Below are positions 11,700-23,754 of a stretch of DNA of 64,000 bases, in pieces; position 1 is the stretch's first letter; each line of letters begins with the position of its first letter. The translations under genes were made by a program, and so were the position numbers. The stretch spans positions 213,592,001 through 213,656,000 of the forward strand of contig NC_086097.1 of NCBI RefSeq assembly GCF_963921235.1, read 5' to 3'. A model generated the notes under the pieces. The model was given only the letters and a program-made list of their open reading frames with translations. It was not told the DNA's origin and did no database searches. This DNA comes from Mobula hypostoma. Lineage: Eukaryota.

Positions 11700-14350
11700 T
11701 TATTACTAACTCACAATTACTCTTGAGAGCACCCTGCTGAGTTGCCAGCTTGAACACCTTATAGATAACTTGTTGAATATATTCTCGCAATGCAAATGGA
11801 TAGGTTTTATTTTTCTGGGTTTTGACCCAGTGATGATGAATTGGTGACATATTTCTGTCAAGATCATGAGTTGCTTAAAGGGAAACTTGAGGATGATGAT
11901 TTTCCCATCCGCAACTGTGTTGCAGTGATCATTGGTCTGAAGTGGGTATTTTGTCAAAGATGTCAGCAAGTTGCTGAACTCATGGAAGGAGTTAATGTTT
12001 TAGCTGATAATAGATTGCCTGTCTAGTGAACTGTTTTGTACTGAAAGATGTCATGCTTCATGAGTGTTTTAGCAGACAAGTGCAGAGTGTTCCATTGTAT
12101 TCTTATGTCTTTTAAAAAGTGGATGAAGATTTGAGACAACAGGCAATTCACTCACTGCAGAATCCCACTGACTCTCAGAATTTATGTATACTGCACTACA
12201 GTAATATCAAATGTTCAGTTTGCATTGATCCTTAAGATCTTGACATGATGATAGATTATTAAATATCAATAGAAAGTGATTAGACTTGAAAGTTTACCAG
12301 TACTATTTGATACAATGTTACCAGCTTCATATTAACCTAAGCCTAAATGTTGTTCAGCTCTCACTACATGGACAATATTGTTAAATTATGTGAGGATTTG
12401 TGAATGGAGTTGAACACTTGGCATTCATCAGTGAGCATCACTGTTCTGCTCAATTGATGGAAAGAAAGTTTTTGAAAAGCAGAGGACATTGGCTATCAAT
12501 GCTCTGACAATATCTCACAATGAAGTCTTGAGTCTGGGATGACTGTACTTTTAAAACAATCAAACATAGCTCTTTCTTCCTAGATCAAAGAAATGCCTCC
12601 CAATAATTCCAATTAATGTCAATGCTCCTCTAGGTCCTTAATGCTAAACTCTGAAACTATTACCTTGACGTCACTCTCACCCTGCTACTAGGTTCATGTT
12701 TAAGCCAAGACTATGATGACAACTTTTGCCTGCCTGATCCAAACGCTGTGTTGGTTAACAAATCTGATGGTGGAAAAGTGCTACTTGATAGCCATGTCAG
12801 CAGTATCTGCCATCATTTTGCTGATAATTGGAATGGGTTATTGACTCAATTTGATTTGTTGCCAGGCAAAAATAGAGTTTCTCATGGTGGAACAATTTTG
12901 GTAATTGGTACAGCAAGATCTCTTTTACAGGTCTCCATTACTGCCACTCATTGAAAACTGCAGAATCCCTCTCTTGTTATCATACCATCAGGATTCCAGA
13001 GTTGTTCTTATTCGCTTTGTTTCTTAGGCTGGTATAAATCAGGTTGTATGCTGCGATGGTAAGAACCTTAGAGGCAGAGATGGGTCATCGACTGATTTGA
13101 AGCTGAAGATGATGTTATCAATTTTGCTGGGCTTGGCATTACTAAGAATATTTGTAGTCCTTGAGCTTAATTCATGACTGCATATTGCAGAATTGCAGAG
13201 CTTTGAGCTGATTCATTATTTGTGGGGTTCCTGAGCTTTTTCCGTAAGCGTGCTGCTGCCACTGTTTAGTATCAAGTTGTTTTCGATATATTTATTTAAA
13301 CCTGGTGTACTCCTAGTATGTTCTTCTACAGTTGTTAACCCAGTGTTGACCATCTAACTTAATGGTAATGTTAATGAGAAACATATTGAAACATGAAGTA
13401 ACAGGTTGTAGTAATGTGTTTGCTAATAATCTCTTCTCGGGCTTCCAGCCGAGTACAGGTATCAACCGACGTTTCGATGACAAACTCTGCCATCTTAATC
13501 GGGATGATGCCTGGGCATGTCTAGTCTGGTGGTATTTATACCACCATTGCCTGTCGCTCCTGATTGGTTAGTCCTCATTCAAATCAAGAGTTCCACTGTC
13601 CAACCATGTGTACACTAGATCCTTTTTTAATGTTTTTGCTGTTTATTCAGAATTAATAATGGTGCTACAATTAGGTAATGTACATTTGAAGTTCCTCACC
13701 AGGAGTATATTCTGAGATGTTGCTGCCCTCAGTGCTGCTTCAATTAAAGTTCAAAATAGAGAAATGTTGTGGCTCAACAGCTGGAGGAAGATGGTGGATA
13801 GTAATGAGCAGATGATTTCCTTGCACATATTTCCATGATAGCAAAAGATTTCAATTTCAATTCCGGAATGAACATTTGAGCATTCCTGTGCCATTCCATG
13901 GTGACTTTATTTGTGTGCTGCCATTTCAGCCAGCCCATCTTGCTGCAGTGGTAGGCTATATCTAGGTAATGGTTAAGTTTGCTGTGAGCTGAAAGCTTTG
14001 TTGCTGCGAGTAGGACTCTCAGGCAGTTGCTTGATTAGACTGTACAGCAGTCTCCCTATTTTGAAAATGAAGGAAAGGGCTTTGTAGGGGCATCAGGGCT
14101 GAATATGCGTTGTTGTATTTGGTGCCCGAGTCAATAGTGGCTGATATCTGTTTTCTTATTATTATTTTCTTATTATTATTCAGTTTGATTCAACTGAATT
14201 ACTTATTTGGGTATTATGTGCAGCAGTTAGGAGTTGATTACTTGCTATGGATATGAAATTGCATGGGTCAACTTGGGTAGAGACTACATGTTACTTCCCT
14301 GGAGTTTTGTAGTAGTTCATTTTAATTGGATAATTATTTTATAGTGCAGT
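11700..14350 (-). mobile_element. Ancient, highly decayed CR1/L2-type LINE remnant (boundaries approximate)
   Basis: The reverse complement near 12400-12440 reads like a decayed (M)FADD..VFNSI RT motif. No long ORF. Confidence 0.4.
13430..13610 (-). mobile_element. Solo terminal repeat of a second Penelope-like family with a degenerate hammerhead motif
   Basis: Minus strand has CCAAT and TATAAATA, then catcatcCCGATTAagatggcagagtttgtcatcGAAACGTCggttgat (HHR layout with an 8-bp stem II). Confidence 0.6.
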
Positions 14351-14611
14351 AATGATTTGTGGTTTACCAGGTTGCTGCAAAGCTAGATTGTCCAGATCAG
14401 TTTTTGTAAATATGTTGCAATTCTCTCTTTTGTTAAATGCGATGGATTGCTGTTTGTGCCTGTTCTTAAAAGGAAAACCAAACTTCACTTTCGATAGTTT
14501 GATTTAGGTTAGAATGGAAACATGAATATTCAGCAAGATGGGCAGCATCTGTGCAGGGGGACGTGAGTTAATTTTTCAAGTTGGTGACCTTTCTTCAAGT
14601 TCATGACCTTT

Positions 14612-15255
14612 CTTCAAGTTCAAGTTTAATTGTTATTCAATTGGACATGAATACCCATGAATACAGCCAAAAGAAGCAGCCTTACTCTGGGACCAAGGTG
14701 CAAAACACAGTACCAACAATCACACACAGCACAAGGCATATACAAGATAGCTGTAAACATGCAGTCACACACAAAAAATAGTCCCAAGTCCCAGTGTCCT
14801 TGAACATTGCAGCAGTCTGCAGAAGAACACAATACATCTCACCTTCCACCAAGCAAACACTGGAGGGCAGCACCAACGCCAGTCTGGACATTGCGCACAC
14901 CAACTCTCCTGGATGGCTGTAAACAGGCGGACATTGTGGCTAGAAGCCACACAGCTCTCTAGCCAATAAACCAGTGACTTACAGAATTCCACATTACCAT
15001 TGACCAACAGGGTCTTGTGATCACAAAGAAAGCGGCCAAGACAATCACTCACTGTTAGACTCACACCACTTTCATGCACTGATGCATCTCTGTAGCAGGC
15101 AGCAACATGGTCAGCACTAAGCCTAGCTCCTGCAGTACTTTAAGTTCTTAATGTACAGCAGGGTCTTGCATCATTAAAAAAATCTTTAATGAAGACAATA
15201 ACACCTTTAGTTGGCCCCATAGAAGCCACTGCGTCCATGCCATCTTACTGGGCAT
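14612..15255 (-). mobile_element. Non-coding interspersed element with (TTGAAC)n Rex1-type tail
   Basis: TTCAAGTTCAAGTTTAATTG tail signature as at 59831; minus-strand 5' end CCAGTAAGATGGC. Confidence 0.5.
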
Positions 15256-15785
15256 AGGCATTACCAGAATCCTTCAGGTCCGTTTTTTTTTGAAGGTCCA
15301 TCAACATTAAATTATCTCTCCACAGGTCTGCTTAACTTAATAAGTATTTACATATTTTGCATTTGTTTTACAATGCCAAAAACACACAAGATGCTTGATT
15401 TCAGATTTTCCTTTCTAAATTTTCTTTCAGAGATTAATTCAAATTCTCTAACTGCTATGATGAGATTTGAACTAATGTTCTCTGAAACATGAGTCCAGTG
15501 CCTCAGTGATGCATGTCCTTCAGATGTTTTAGTGCTTCACTCCCTCGATTTGCTTCATGATCTCTGTAATCATCTGTGTTCTAATTCCTGAACCCTAGCT
15601 GCAGTAGTGAGTGACTGTACAGGACCAATGTCAGTAAAACAAAATCCGTTGGCTGATGAAAACCATTTGCCGTGCACGTTTCTAGATATTTAAGGCACCA
15701 AGTATTTTACTGCATTTTTGAGTTTTATAGTATAGACAAGCAATTATTTGTCATAGTATTGGTAATGATGCATTTCTACATGCAG

Positions 15786-16010
15786 GATGATGCAGAAGTG
15801 GCCAAAGCTTTTGAAGAGAGCATGCAGACAGCATCACAACTAAGAAACATTCCATCTCCTGGTCAATTGGACCCAGAGGCACACATACCTGTTGTTAACT
15901 TGGAAGATGGGACCAGACTTGTAGGCGAAGCTGCCCCTAAAAATAAAGATTTGGTGGAATGGCTGAAAGTTCACCCAGCTTATACAGTGGATATGCCTAG
16001 TTATGTACCA
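15786..16010 (+). CDS. CHD7: CHD7 coding exon with BRK domain 1, 225 bp, phase 0/0
   Basis: tgcag|GAT and CCA|gtaagt. Translation [50 protein letters not shown]. Confidence 0.96.
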
Positions 16011-17283
16011 GTAAGTACTGCAGTGCAAATTTTACTTGGTGTCATGTTTGGATGATACTATCAGTTTATCATAAAAACCAGCAAGCCAGTCTTCATGAAG
16101 CAAGAGCTGAAACAATATTCAGGCTTGTCCAATTTAGATTGAATGACATTTTTCATTTATTGCTGATTTTGTGACTTTTATTTAGAAAATATTTTGTTCC
16201 CAGTCCATTGATGAGAATGCAGAGTTTACAGGTGCAAGAAATTAAAGCAGATGAAACTGAAAACATTTACAGGTCAGGCAACTTCGGTAAAGAATGAAAC
16301 ATAATGTTTCAATGACTATTCAGCAGAACTAGGAGAATTTTAAAGTTGTGGTGCAGAAGAGGTGGAGAGAATAAAGGATATTATCCATGATAAACTGATA
16401 CGAAATATGGTGTCGCCACAAAGGATTGTAAGGTTTATTAATGACAAATGATCTGAATAGGCGAGATGTAGACAAATGAAGGAGGGAAGACAGCAGAAAG
16501 GGGTGAGGTAGAAAAAGAGATTGCTCAAACTGCCTAGCAGTGAGGCAGCATCTTTGAAGAGAGATGGCTGCTGGCTTCTCTTTGGAATGGCTGGTTATCT
16601 ACAATCGTCAAAGTCTGTGTTGTTAGTTCTGATTACGAAGGTAGGGTGAAATGATGATCCTCAAGTTTGCATTGGAACAGTATCAGAGGTATCAGAGGCA
16701 ACAGTGGTGTTGTAATGTAGAATTTAAGTGACTGGTGAATGGGAACATCACTGCATGCAGTTGGGATGGCTTGGAAAGGGAATCTTAAAAACACTTTGCA
16801 TTTGTGTTTTTAATGAGGCCTAACAAAAAAAAACCCTGCCCTGAAATTCTTTGCAGGATCCCAGACTCAAGCATAAAGAGGCCTTAATCTCACTTATTTT
16901 CATAGACGTCAATTGAACTTAATAGCAACAATTCAGTTTTCTGCACTCTGTTCCTTCATTAACTTAGAAATTTCAGTCAGATCATTCTAAAATCTCCAGT
17001 GATGTATTGAGATTATATGCTTTTACAGGCCTTTTAAAAACAAGTTCCACATTTGTATGAATGATACTTCAACAGAATAGAAGTTGCACTCAGTTGGAAT
17101 AACACAAAAAATGCTAGAGGAAGTCAGCAGTTGGAATGCTTGCATTTCTCATCTAATAAATATATGGAATATTTTTATTAAATGTGAACAACTATTAAGT
17201 CTTGAAATTTTGGCCATGTGAATTTATTTTTATAAGACACCAAAATGATCAATAGTGAAAATATAACATTTTTCTCTTTTCAG

Positions 17284-17424
17284 AAGAGTGGAGAAGTGCT
17301 GTTGACCCCATTTCAGAAGCCTAAACAGAAAAGGCATCGCTGCAGAAATCCAAACAAACTGGATGTTAACACTTTGACAGGGGATGAAAGAGTGCCTGTT
17401 GTTAACAAAAGAAATGGGAAAAAG
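17284..17424 (+). CDS. CHD7: CHD7 coding exon (start of BRK domain 2), 141 bp, phase 0/0
   Basis: tttctcttttcag|AAG and AAG|gtatgg. Translation [38 protein letters not shown]. Confidence 0.96.
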
Positions 17425-17789
17425 GTATGGCTATTTGAAGATAAAATTTGGTGATCAGATATCCAGGATCATTTTGCTTTAGACAATTGATGCTTATTGT
17501 TAATGCTAAGCTATATTGAGGTTTCTAGACACCTACCCAAACAATACAAAAGCTGATATCCTGGTATTGATATTAATACAGCCAAATTTACAATACACAA
17601 AAGATTTTATTAATAAGATGCCAGGATGTTTTGCACCTAACAAATTACTTGTGTCAGGCTGTACTTACTTTGCATCCACAGAATTTATGGCATAGTAAGA
17701 TTCTGCAAGCACCAGATGCAGTCAGTGATCAGTAACCTCTCTGGTTTTGGTTGTACCTGCTTCATACTGTTCCTCTGGCAGCTCATTTC

Positions 17790-18265
17790 ACATACCCATA
17801 AGAGCAGTGAGGCTATGACACAGGTTTATGTAAAATTGGTTAGGCTGCGACTGGAGTACATGTGTGATGCTGGTCACCACACTATAAAGAGAACCTGGAG
17901 TGGAGTGTACATTTGCAAAAAATGTTGCCTGGGGTGGAGTGTTTCAGTTTTGAAGGACTGGTGGAAGCTGAGGGGTGTTAATGGTAGAGCAATACAAAAT
18001 TATAAAGGGCATTAACAGGGTAGGTACTAAGAAACTATTTTCCTCCAGAACACCATTGTCAAAATCTAGAAGGCAGAGGTTTGTTTTAAAGTGAATGAAG
18101 AAGTACATTTTCACCCAGCAGCTGTTTGGAGTCTAAAATGCACTGCCTTAGAGGGTGGTGGAGGTGAGTAGACTTGCAACATTTAAATATCAAGACAAGC
18201 TAAGCCTTTGGAAGGTTTCAAACCAAGTGCTGAAAAATGGAATTAGAGTAGATCAGTAGTGAATG
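17790..18265 (+). mobile_element. Old CR1 LINE 3' fragment
   Basis: YxKLVRLRLEY remnant and a CR1-type 3' region. Confidence 0.6.
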
Positions 18266-18366
18266 GTCACTGTAGATGTACGTCATGAGTAGAAGGCATG
18301 TAAATTTGAATTAAATATATTAAGCATTACTCAAGTTATTAAAACTTCTTTCTCCATGTTTATTAG

Positions 18367-18471
18367 ATGGGTGGTGCCATGGCCCCACCAATGAAAGATT
18401 TGCCTAGATGGCTCGAAGAAAACCCTGAGTTTGCTGTCGCACCTGATTGGGCTGATGTGGTCAAGCAATCT
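18367..18471 (+). CDS. CHD7: CHD7 coding exon (end of BRK domain 2), 105 bp, phase 0/0
   Basis: tttattag|ATG and TCT|gtaagt. Manual translation [35 protein letters not shown]; absent from the ORF track on this strand. Confidence 0.96.
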
Positions 18472-19319
18472 GTAAGTGTGCCTTTTCTTATCATGGCCAG
18501 TTTTAACAAAATAAATTAATTGTTTGAGAACTTCTGTAGAACTCACAGGTAGCAACATATTGGTCATGGGTTTTACAAATTGTTTTGGAGTAAAAATTTG
18601 TCTTGGCGTTGGGCACTAACGATAGTATTTTTTATGCTCTGCTTCATTTGCTCCGTTGAAGTCAGTGGGACAAACTTCCAGAAGTGGAGCACAATACATA
18701 CACTGTGCGTAGGCCAGGGGATGAATTCCTACCCTTTTGACTTTGAAAATTGAGTTTATTTCTGTCACCCAGTTGTTACGCCAGATCAGTTAAAGTCCTA
18801 TCAAGTGGTGATTTTTTAAAATCAAGTTGTAATTGTTTACAGATCCTTTAAGATTACTTTAAAATGCCATCATTGAGATGCGTAACATGAAACATTGTCA
18901 TAACTTGTTTGGTAAAAAAGGAGTTATTTATGAATGACAATTCAACAATGGTTCAGACTGTTATGGAAGTTATTAAAATACTGTATTGATTATAGAATTT
19001 AGTTTTTCTCTGATGCTTACGCCTGTATGTGATAATGTTCCTGATGAGGCACATTTGGCAGCTATCCATCAAATTTTCACTGAAATTGGTTTTCCCTAAG
19101 TGTTGGCATTGTTGGCTGTTGGCAGAGTTTAGATATGAAATAGTAGCTTTATCTTGTCACTGCAGCACTGAAGCATTTATCTCTAGGTGCACAGTATTTG
19201 GAATTTGAATAAATAATACAGAGGTCTTCAATATCTTAAGAGATATTGGTGTGTAATCAAAATTTATTTTTAAAACTGTAAATCAATGATAAGGAGTTCA
19301 TTGCAGTTCAGAGTTCATT

Positions 19320-19578
19320 AACACAAGAAAATTTGCAGATGCTGGAAATCCAAAGCAACACACACAAAATGCTGGAGGAACTCAACAGGCCAGGCAGCAT
19401 CTATGGAAAAGAGTAAACAGTTGACTTTTTGGTCCAGGACCTTTCAACAAGACTGATGAAGGAACTTGGCCCGAAACAACAGGGCTGATGAAGGATCTTT
19501 CCCTGAAACTTCGACTGTACGCTTTTCCATAGATCCTGCCTGGCCTGCTGAGTTCCTCCAGCATTTTGCATGTATTGC
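19320..19578. mobile_element. Fold-back (head-to-head) PLE terminal-repeat insertion with two tandem HHR-like cores
   Basis: ~70-bp inverted arms 19355-19425 and 19510-19578; TSD TCAGARTTCATT at 19308-19319 and 19579-19590; CTGATGA..GAAAC occurs twice. Confidence 0.8.
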
Positions 19579-19624
19579 TCAGAATTCATTGTATTGACCC
19601 TGTTTTTTTTTCCCCTCGCCCTAG

Positions 19625-20533
19625 GGATTTTTACCAGAGTCCATGTTTGACCGTGTTCTCACTGGACCAGTTGTTCGAGAGGAGGGAGCAAGTAGGAGGG
19701 GAAGACGGCCTAAGAGTGAGATTGCTAAAGCTGCAGTTGCAGCTGCTGCTTCGGCTTCAGGAATAAACCCACTACTGATGAACAGTCTTTTTGCTGGAAT
19801 GGATCTTGCAAGCCTCCAGAACTTACAAAACCTGCAAAGTCTTCAGTTAGCTGGATTGATGGGCTTCCCATCAGGCCTGGCTACAGCTGCTACAGGAGGA
19901 GATACAAAAAACCCTGCTTCATTACTACCACTGATGCTCCCAGGTATGGCAGGACTACCCAATATGTTTGGACTAGGAAGCTTGTTAAGCAACCCTTTGA
20001 CTGCTACAGCTAGTACTTCTTCAGCAGCGCCGGGTTCAAGTGAAAGTGGTATTTCGTCTAAGACAGAAAATGATAAAGAAAATGATAAAGAAAATGAAGA
20101 TAAAGAAATAAACAGTGCAGAATCTGCAGTTGATTCTAATAGTGCAAGTTCAAGCTCTTTCACAGCTACTGCAACCACTGGACTGTCCAACAACCCTCTA
20201 GCATTCAACCCATTCTTGCTTTCCACTATGGCTCCTGGATTATTCTACCCATCTATGTTTCTTCCTCCTGGCTTGGGAATGACCTTGTCTGGGTTTCCTC
20301 CTACTACACTGGCTGGACTGCAGAGCACAGTAAGCTCGAGTGAGGACAAGGAGGATAAGACAGATGGCAAAACTGAAGACAGCAGTTTTATTGAAGGAGA
20401 AGCCAATTCAGATGACAGTGATCCTGTGGGAAGCCCAAGTAAGCCAGCAGATTCGTCTCTTGTGGAAGATGAATTGGTACAGGCAACAGGGTTGGACTCA
20501 GTTGAGGGAGAAGAGGAGGAAGATGAGGATTAA
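19625..20533 (+). CDS. CHD7: CHD7 terminal coding exon
   Basis: Long pyrimidine tract..cctag|GGA. Translation [34 protein letters not shown]...[17 protein letters not shown]...[29 protein letters not shown], then an acidic tail and TAA. Confidence 0.97.
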   Translation, partial: GFLPESMFDRVLTGPVVREEGASRRGRRPKSEIAKAAVAAAASASGINPLLMNSLFAGMDLASLQNLQNLQSLQLAGLMGFPSGLATAATGGDTKNPASLLPLMLPGMAGLPNMFGLGSLLSNPLTATASTSSAAPGSSESGISSKTENDKENDKENEDKEINSAESAVDSNSASSSSFTATATTGLSNNPLAFNPFLLSTMAPGLFYPSMFLPPGLGMTLSGFPPTTLAGLQSTVSSSEDKEDKTDGKTEDSSFIEGEANSDDSDPVGSPSKPADSSLVEDELVQATGLDSVEGEEEEDED

Positions 20534-21420
20534 TTACATTTCCAGTTACTTAAGTGTTTTAAAACTCTTCAAGTCGTAGTCCTACTGTTTACATATTCAT
20601 TAAATGTCCACACATAGTTTTTTAAGCTATCTCTGTAACATAGTGTAGCAAATTTCCAAGTCATGTTATGCAGATGTCAAAGATGTCTTGGTCATAAGTA
20701 TTATGCAGTGCATTATTTATTATCCTAGAAGCGATATCAAGTTCAAAAATGTGTCTGAATTTAAGGAATGAAGTTAAAATAAATGCTCTGCTTTTTGTTT
20801 TTCACCAATGGTAATTTGTGATACGCAACAAACTTCGATCATGGCATGTGATTGTTAGTGACCGAAGCAGTTTCTGCTGATAAAGGAATAATGAAGATGT
20901 ATATTTAACATTGCTGTGAAGAGCACAGATGGACAAAAGTCATTGTAGAACATATCTTGCCTATAGATTTGACTGTATATAAAAGAGTCCACACTGACAA
21001 TCCCCACGATAGTGTGAAGGTCTCACCCCGGAGGCACAGCAATAACTTGGCAGCTGTTGAATGTTTTTTTTAAAAATCTGGACAATAAAAAGCCTGAAGG
21101 GTGACACAATTTCTGACATAAACTACAGTTGATTTGCATTGTCTCATGATTTTTTTTTCTTGTAATGCACTGTTGTAAACAAAATTCAGGTACATTTCTC
21201 TAAAAGAAAGGACTTTGTTACTTTAGCCACAAAGCTAAACAGCATTACCTCAGTTCTACTAGCATTGAAGTTTACAAACATGACTTTGTAAATGTATGTT
21301 TTCTTTGTTGTGATGTTTTTTAAAAAATTTGAAAACTGCTATCATGTAAGATAAGATGTAAATTGCTGCCAACTGTAGTAACGATGCTTTTAATAAAAGT
21401 GACCCATGATATGCAGTGAC
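20534..21420 (+). other. CHD7: CHD7 3' UTR (end approximate)
   Basis: TE-free AU-rich sequence after the stop; AATAAA at 20778, 21084 and 21392; several miRNA seed matches. Confidence 0.7.
21392..21397 (+). terminator. CHD7: Candidate main polyadenylation signal AATAAA
   Basis: Canonical hexamer with upstream TGTA motifs (e.g. ~21287, 21345, 21357, 21374). Which signal is used is inferred. Confidence 0.55.
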
Positions 21421-23754
21421 ATGTACTGTAGAAAAGCAAAATTCTAGAGAAACCAAATTATGATTGGTGTTCACTAGTTACATTGCTTAGTAGCAATAGA
21501 AACACATACCATACTCTGGCTCCTGGAAAGTTTTTTTGGTTTATTGGTGAAGTAAATGTTTACAAATGGACAATACATGTACTTAAAATGCAAAGAAATT
21601 TAGCTTTATTATTAAACCAATTCAGTATTAGGTATCCTGGTTTCATTATGTTCTGTTCTATCCTTACCTATTAGAAATGCTGATGGTATACTGCATGGCA
21701 TCATTGTAACGATAATGTTGGTAGCAACAGAAATTAAGTCTTTCTCATTGAGCAGGTGCCACATTGCATAGCTGGAAGAAGCAATTGTGGTGAATACTGT
21801 GGATGAGCTGGATTGTAAATGAAGTGGAATGAGGAGTATCTACACTTCATTATGCTGTAATGCCATCCTGTTATATGACAACTGGTGGAATTATTCATTT
21901 CAGGTAGTGAAAAAATTGTTATGGAATCGAATTTTTAAATTTCGTTAGCCTTGGTCTAATTTCCAACAATGCAATTCAATTCTTACAGTAACCTGCTTGA
22001 AGAAATTTTGGAATTGTAATGCAGTATATCTTGTGTGATGTGAGTTTTTTTCCACAATCAGTGAATAATAAATCCAGTATTGCAGCTTTCTAAAGGAGTT
22101 GTTCTGTTTGGAAGTGGGAAGCTTGGGATTTTTGCTCCTGGAAATCTGTCCCTTTATATACTAATGCTAACTATTTCTTGCAAGACTGCTCTTCAGGTCT
22201 ACATTAAAGGAGAGCTATTAGAAATAATTTATTTGATAGCCAGTACAATTTTATGTTGTGTTATTGGCAGTGATTAGAAAATTTACCCTTAGCTTCACAG
22301 TGTCATGCCTTAAAGAACTACTGCACTTTGCTGAAATAAATTCCATAAATCTGTTTCTGATCATCACATTTTCAGTTATTGCCAATGCTTCTGATCAGTT
22401 TCCTTCAGTAACTTGGCTTGCTGAAAATTTCCTACCAAGTATTTAGAAATTAATTCGAACAGCAATATTTGAGGATAAGGGGAGAGGAGAGTGTTAAATA
22501 AGCAGACAAATATTTCACAGTTCAGCCCCAAATGTAATAAACATTGGTGAAAAGTGACAAATTAGTAACTAATTTATATTTTAGTATGTTTAGGAAAGCA
22601 GCAAAGGTAGTTTCTAATATTATTTCTCTCAACTATTTAAAATGCCAACTGTCCCAATCAGTAAATCTTGCGTTGTTCCCCTAATCCTGTTGGACTTCTC
22701 AGGAGCTATAAAACTATTGCAGTATTCTCCTGGTACTGTGGTGGATTAGCATGTGAGAGAAGATTTTCCTTAGATTTTTCACAGCTTATAATTTAAAACT
22801 TTAGAACTTTCATTATTTGATACTGTCATGAATGTCTTAAATTATCATCCTCAATTGTGGATGATTCTGAAACTCAGCTTCCAATAGCGTGATATCAGTG
22901 TTTTTAATTTTCTCGATTGTATATTTTAAACTTATCATTATCAGCAATAGTTGACTGTTATCCCTCCATCAGCATTTGTGATTTATTTTCCTTCTGGAGT
23001 TTTGGTGAATAATCCTGGCAAATTGATAATAACTGCTGGATTACTTGATCAGAGGCAAATATGCTTGGGCAAAAAAGGCACACAATCGATTAAAGTGCCT
23101 ATTTCTGCTTGCTATGACTTCCTGCTGTAACCATCAGGTGAGGATGGCAGCAAATGGATCTCTGCTAATACTTTGCCCATTCTCATAAATGAGGAACAGC
23201 TTTTGGGTAAGGCAGCTCCTTGTACTGAGAGAACACAGGAGTAGGCTACTTCAAGCCTGGTCACATTCTGGTTAGATGTGCAAAATAGCTTGTAATGTTG
23301 AATTGGTAACATCTTGAGCTCAGTTGATCTACAATATCCTCTATCTACATTATTCTCTATCTTCCGTTTCTCATCAAAATGCTTTACTACTTTAATCTTA
23401 ATTCAACACAAATTAAGTTTATGCAAGTTGGCTTCTGGATGCAGCCTATTAAGCAATAGTAATGTAATGCTGGAATTGGAGAGAAAGAAGGTATAATTAT
23501 ATAAATTTTTTTATCATATAAATTTGAGACATTAAAGCAAGAATTGCACCAGGATCAAATACTTACAGTTAAACTTTAATCTGTTATGAGAATTTGGCAC
23601 CTGTTTTTAGTACAGCAATTGGAAGTTATAATAAAATATAGCAAACTTCAAGTAGTGTTATTTGTGAAAAGAATTTTAGTCTAATTGTTATGAGACAACT
23701 TATATTTGAATCCTAAGCCAGAAGTACATCTGAAATAGCTCGTGGTTTCAAGCA

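Noticed and set aside
10342..15794. Identical 14-mer TGCAGGATGATGCA at the starts of two consecutive CHD7 exons
   Set aside because: Explained by the acceptor consensus plus DDA codons. Similarity does not extend, so there is no evidence of exon duplication.
20066..20110. 12-bp coding repeat (ENDK)2-ENEDKE in CHD7
   Set aside because: Ordinary slippage in a low-complexity acidic linker.
19843..20226. 127-aa antisense ORF over the last CHD7 exon
   Set aside because: Shadow of the coding strand with a low-complexity product and no independent signals.
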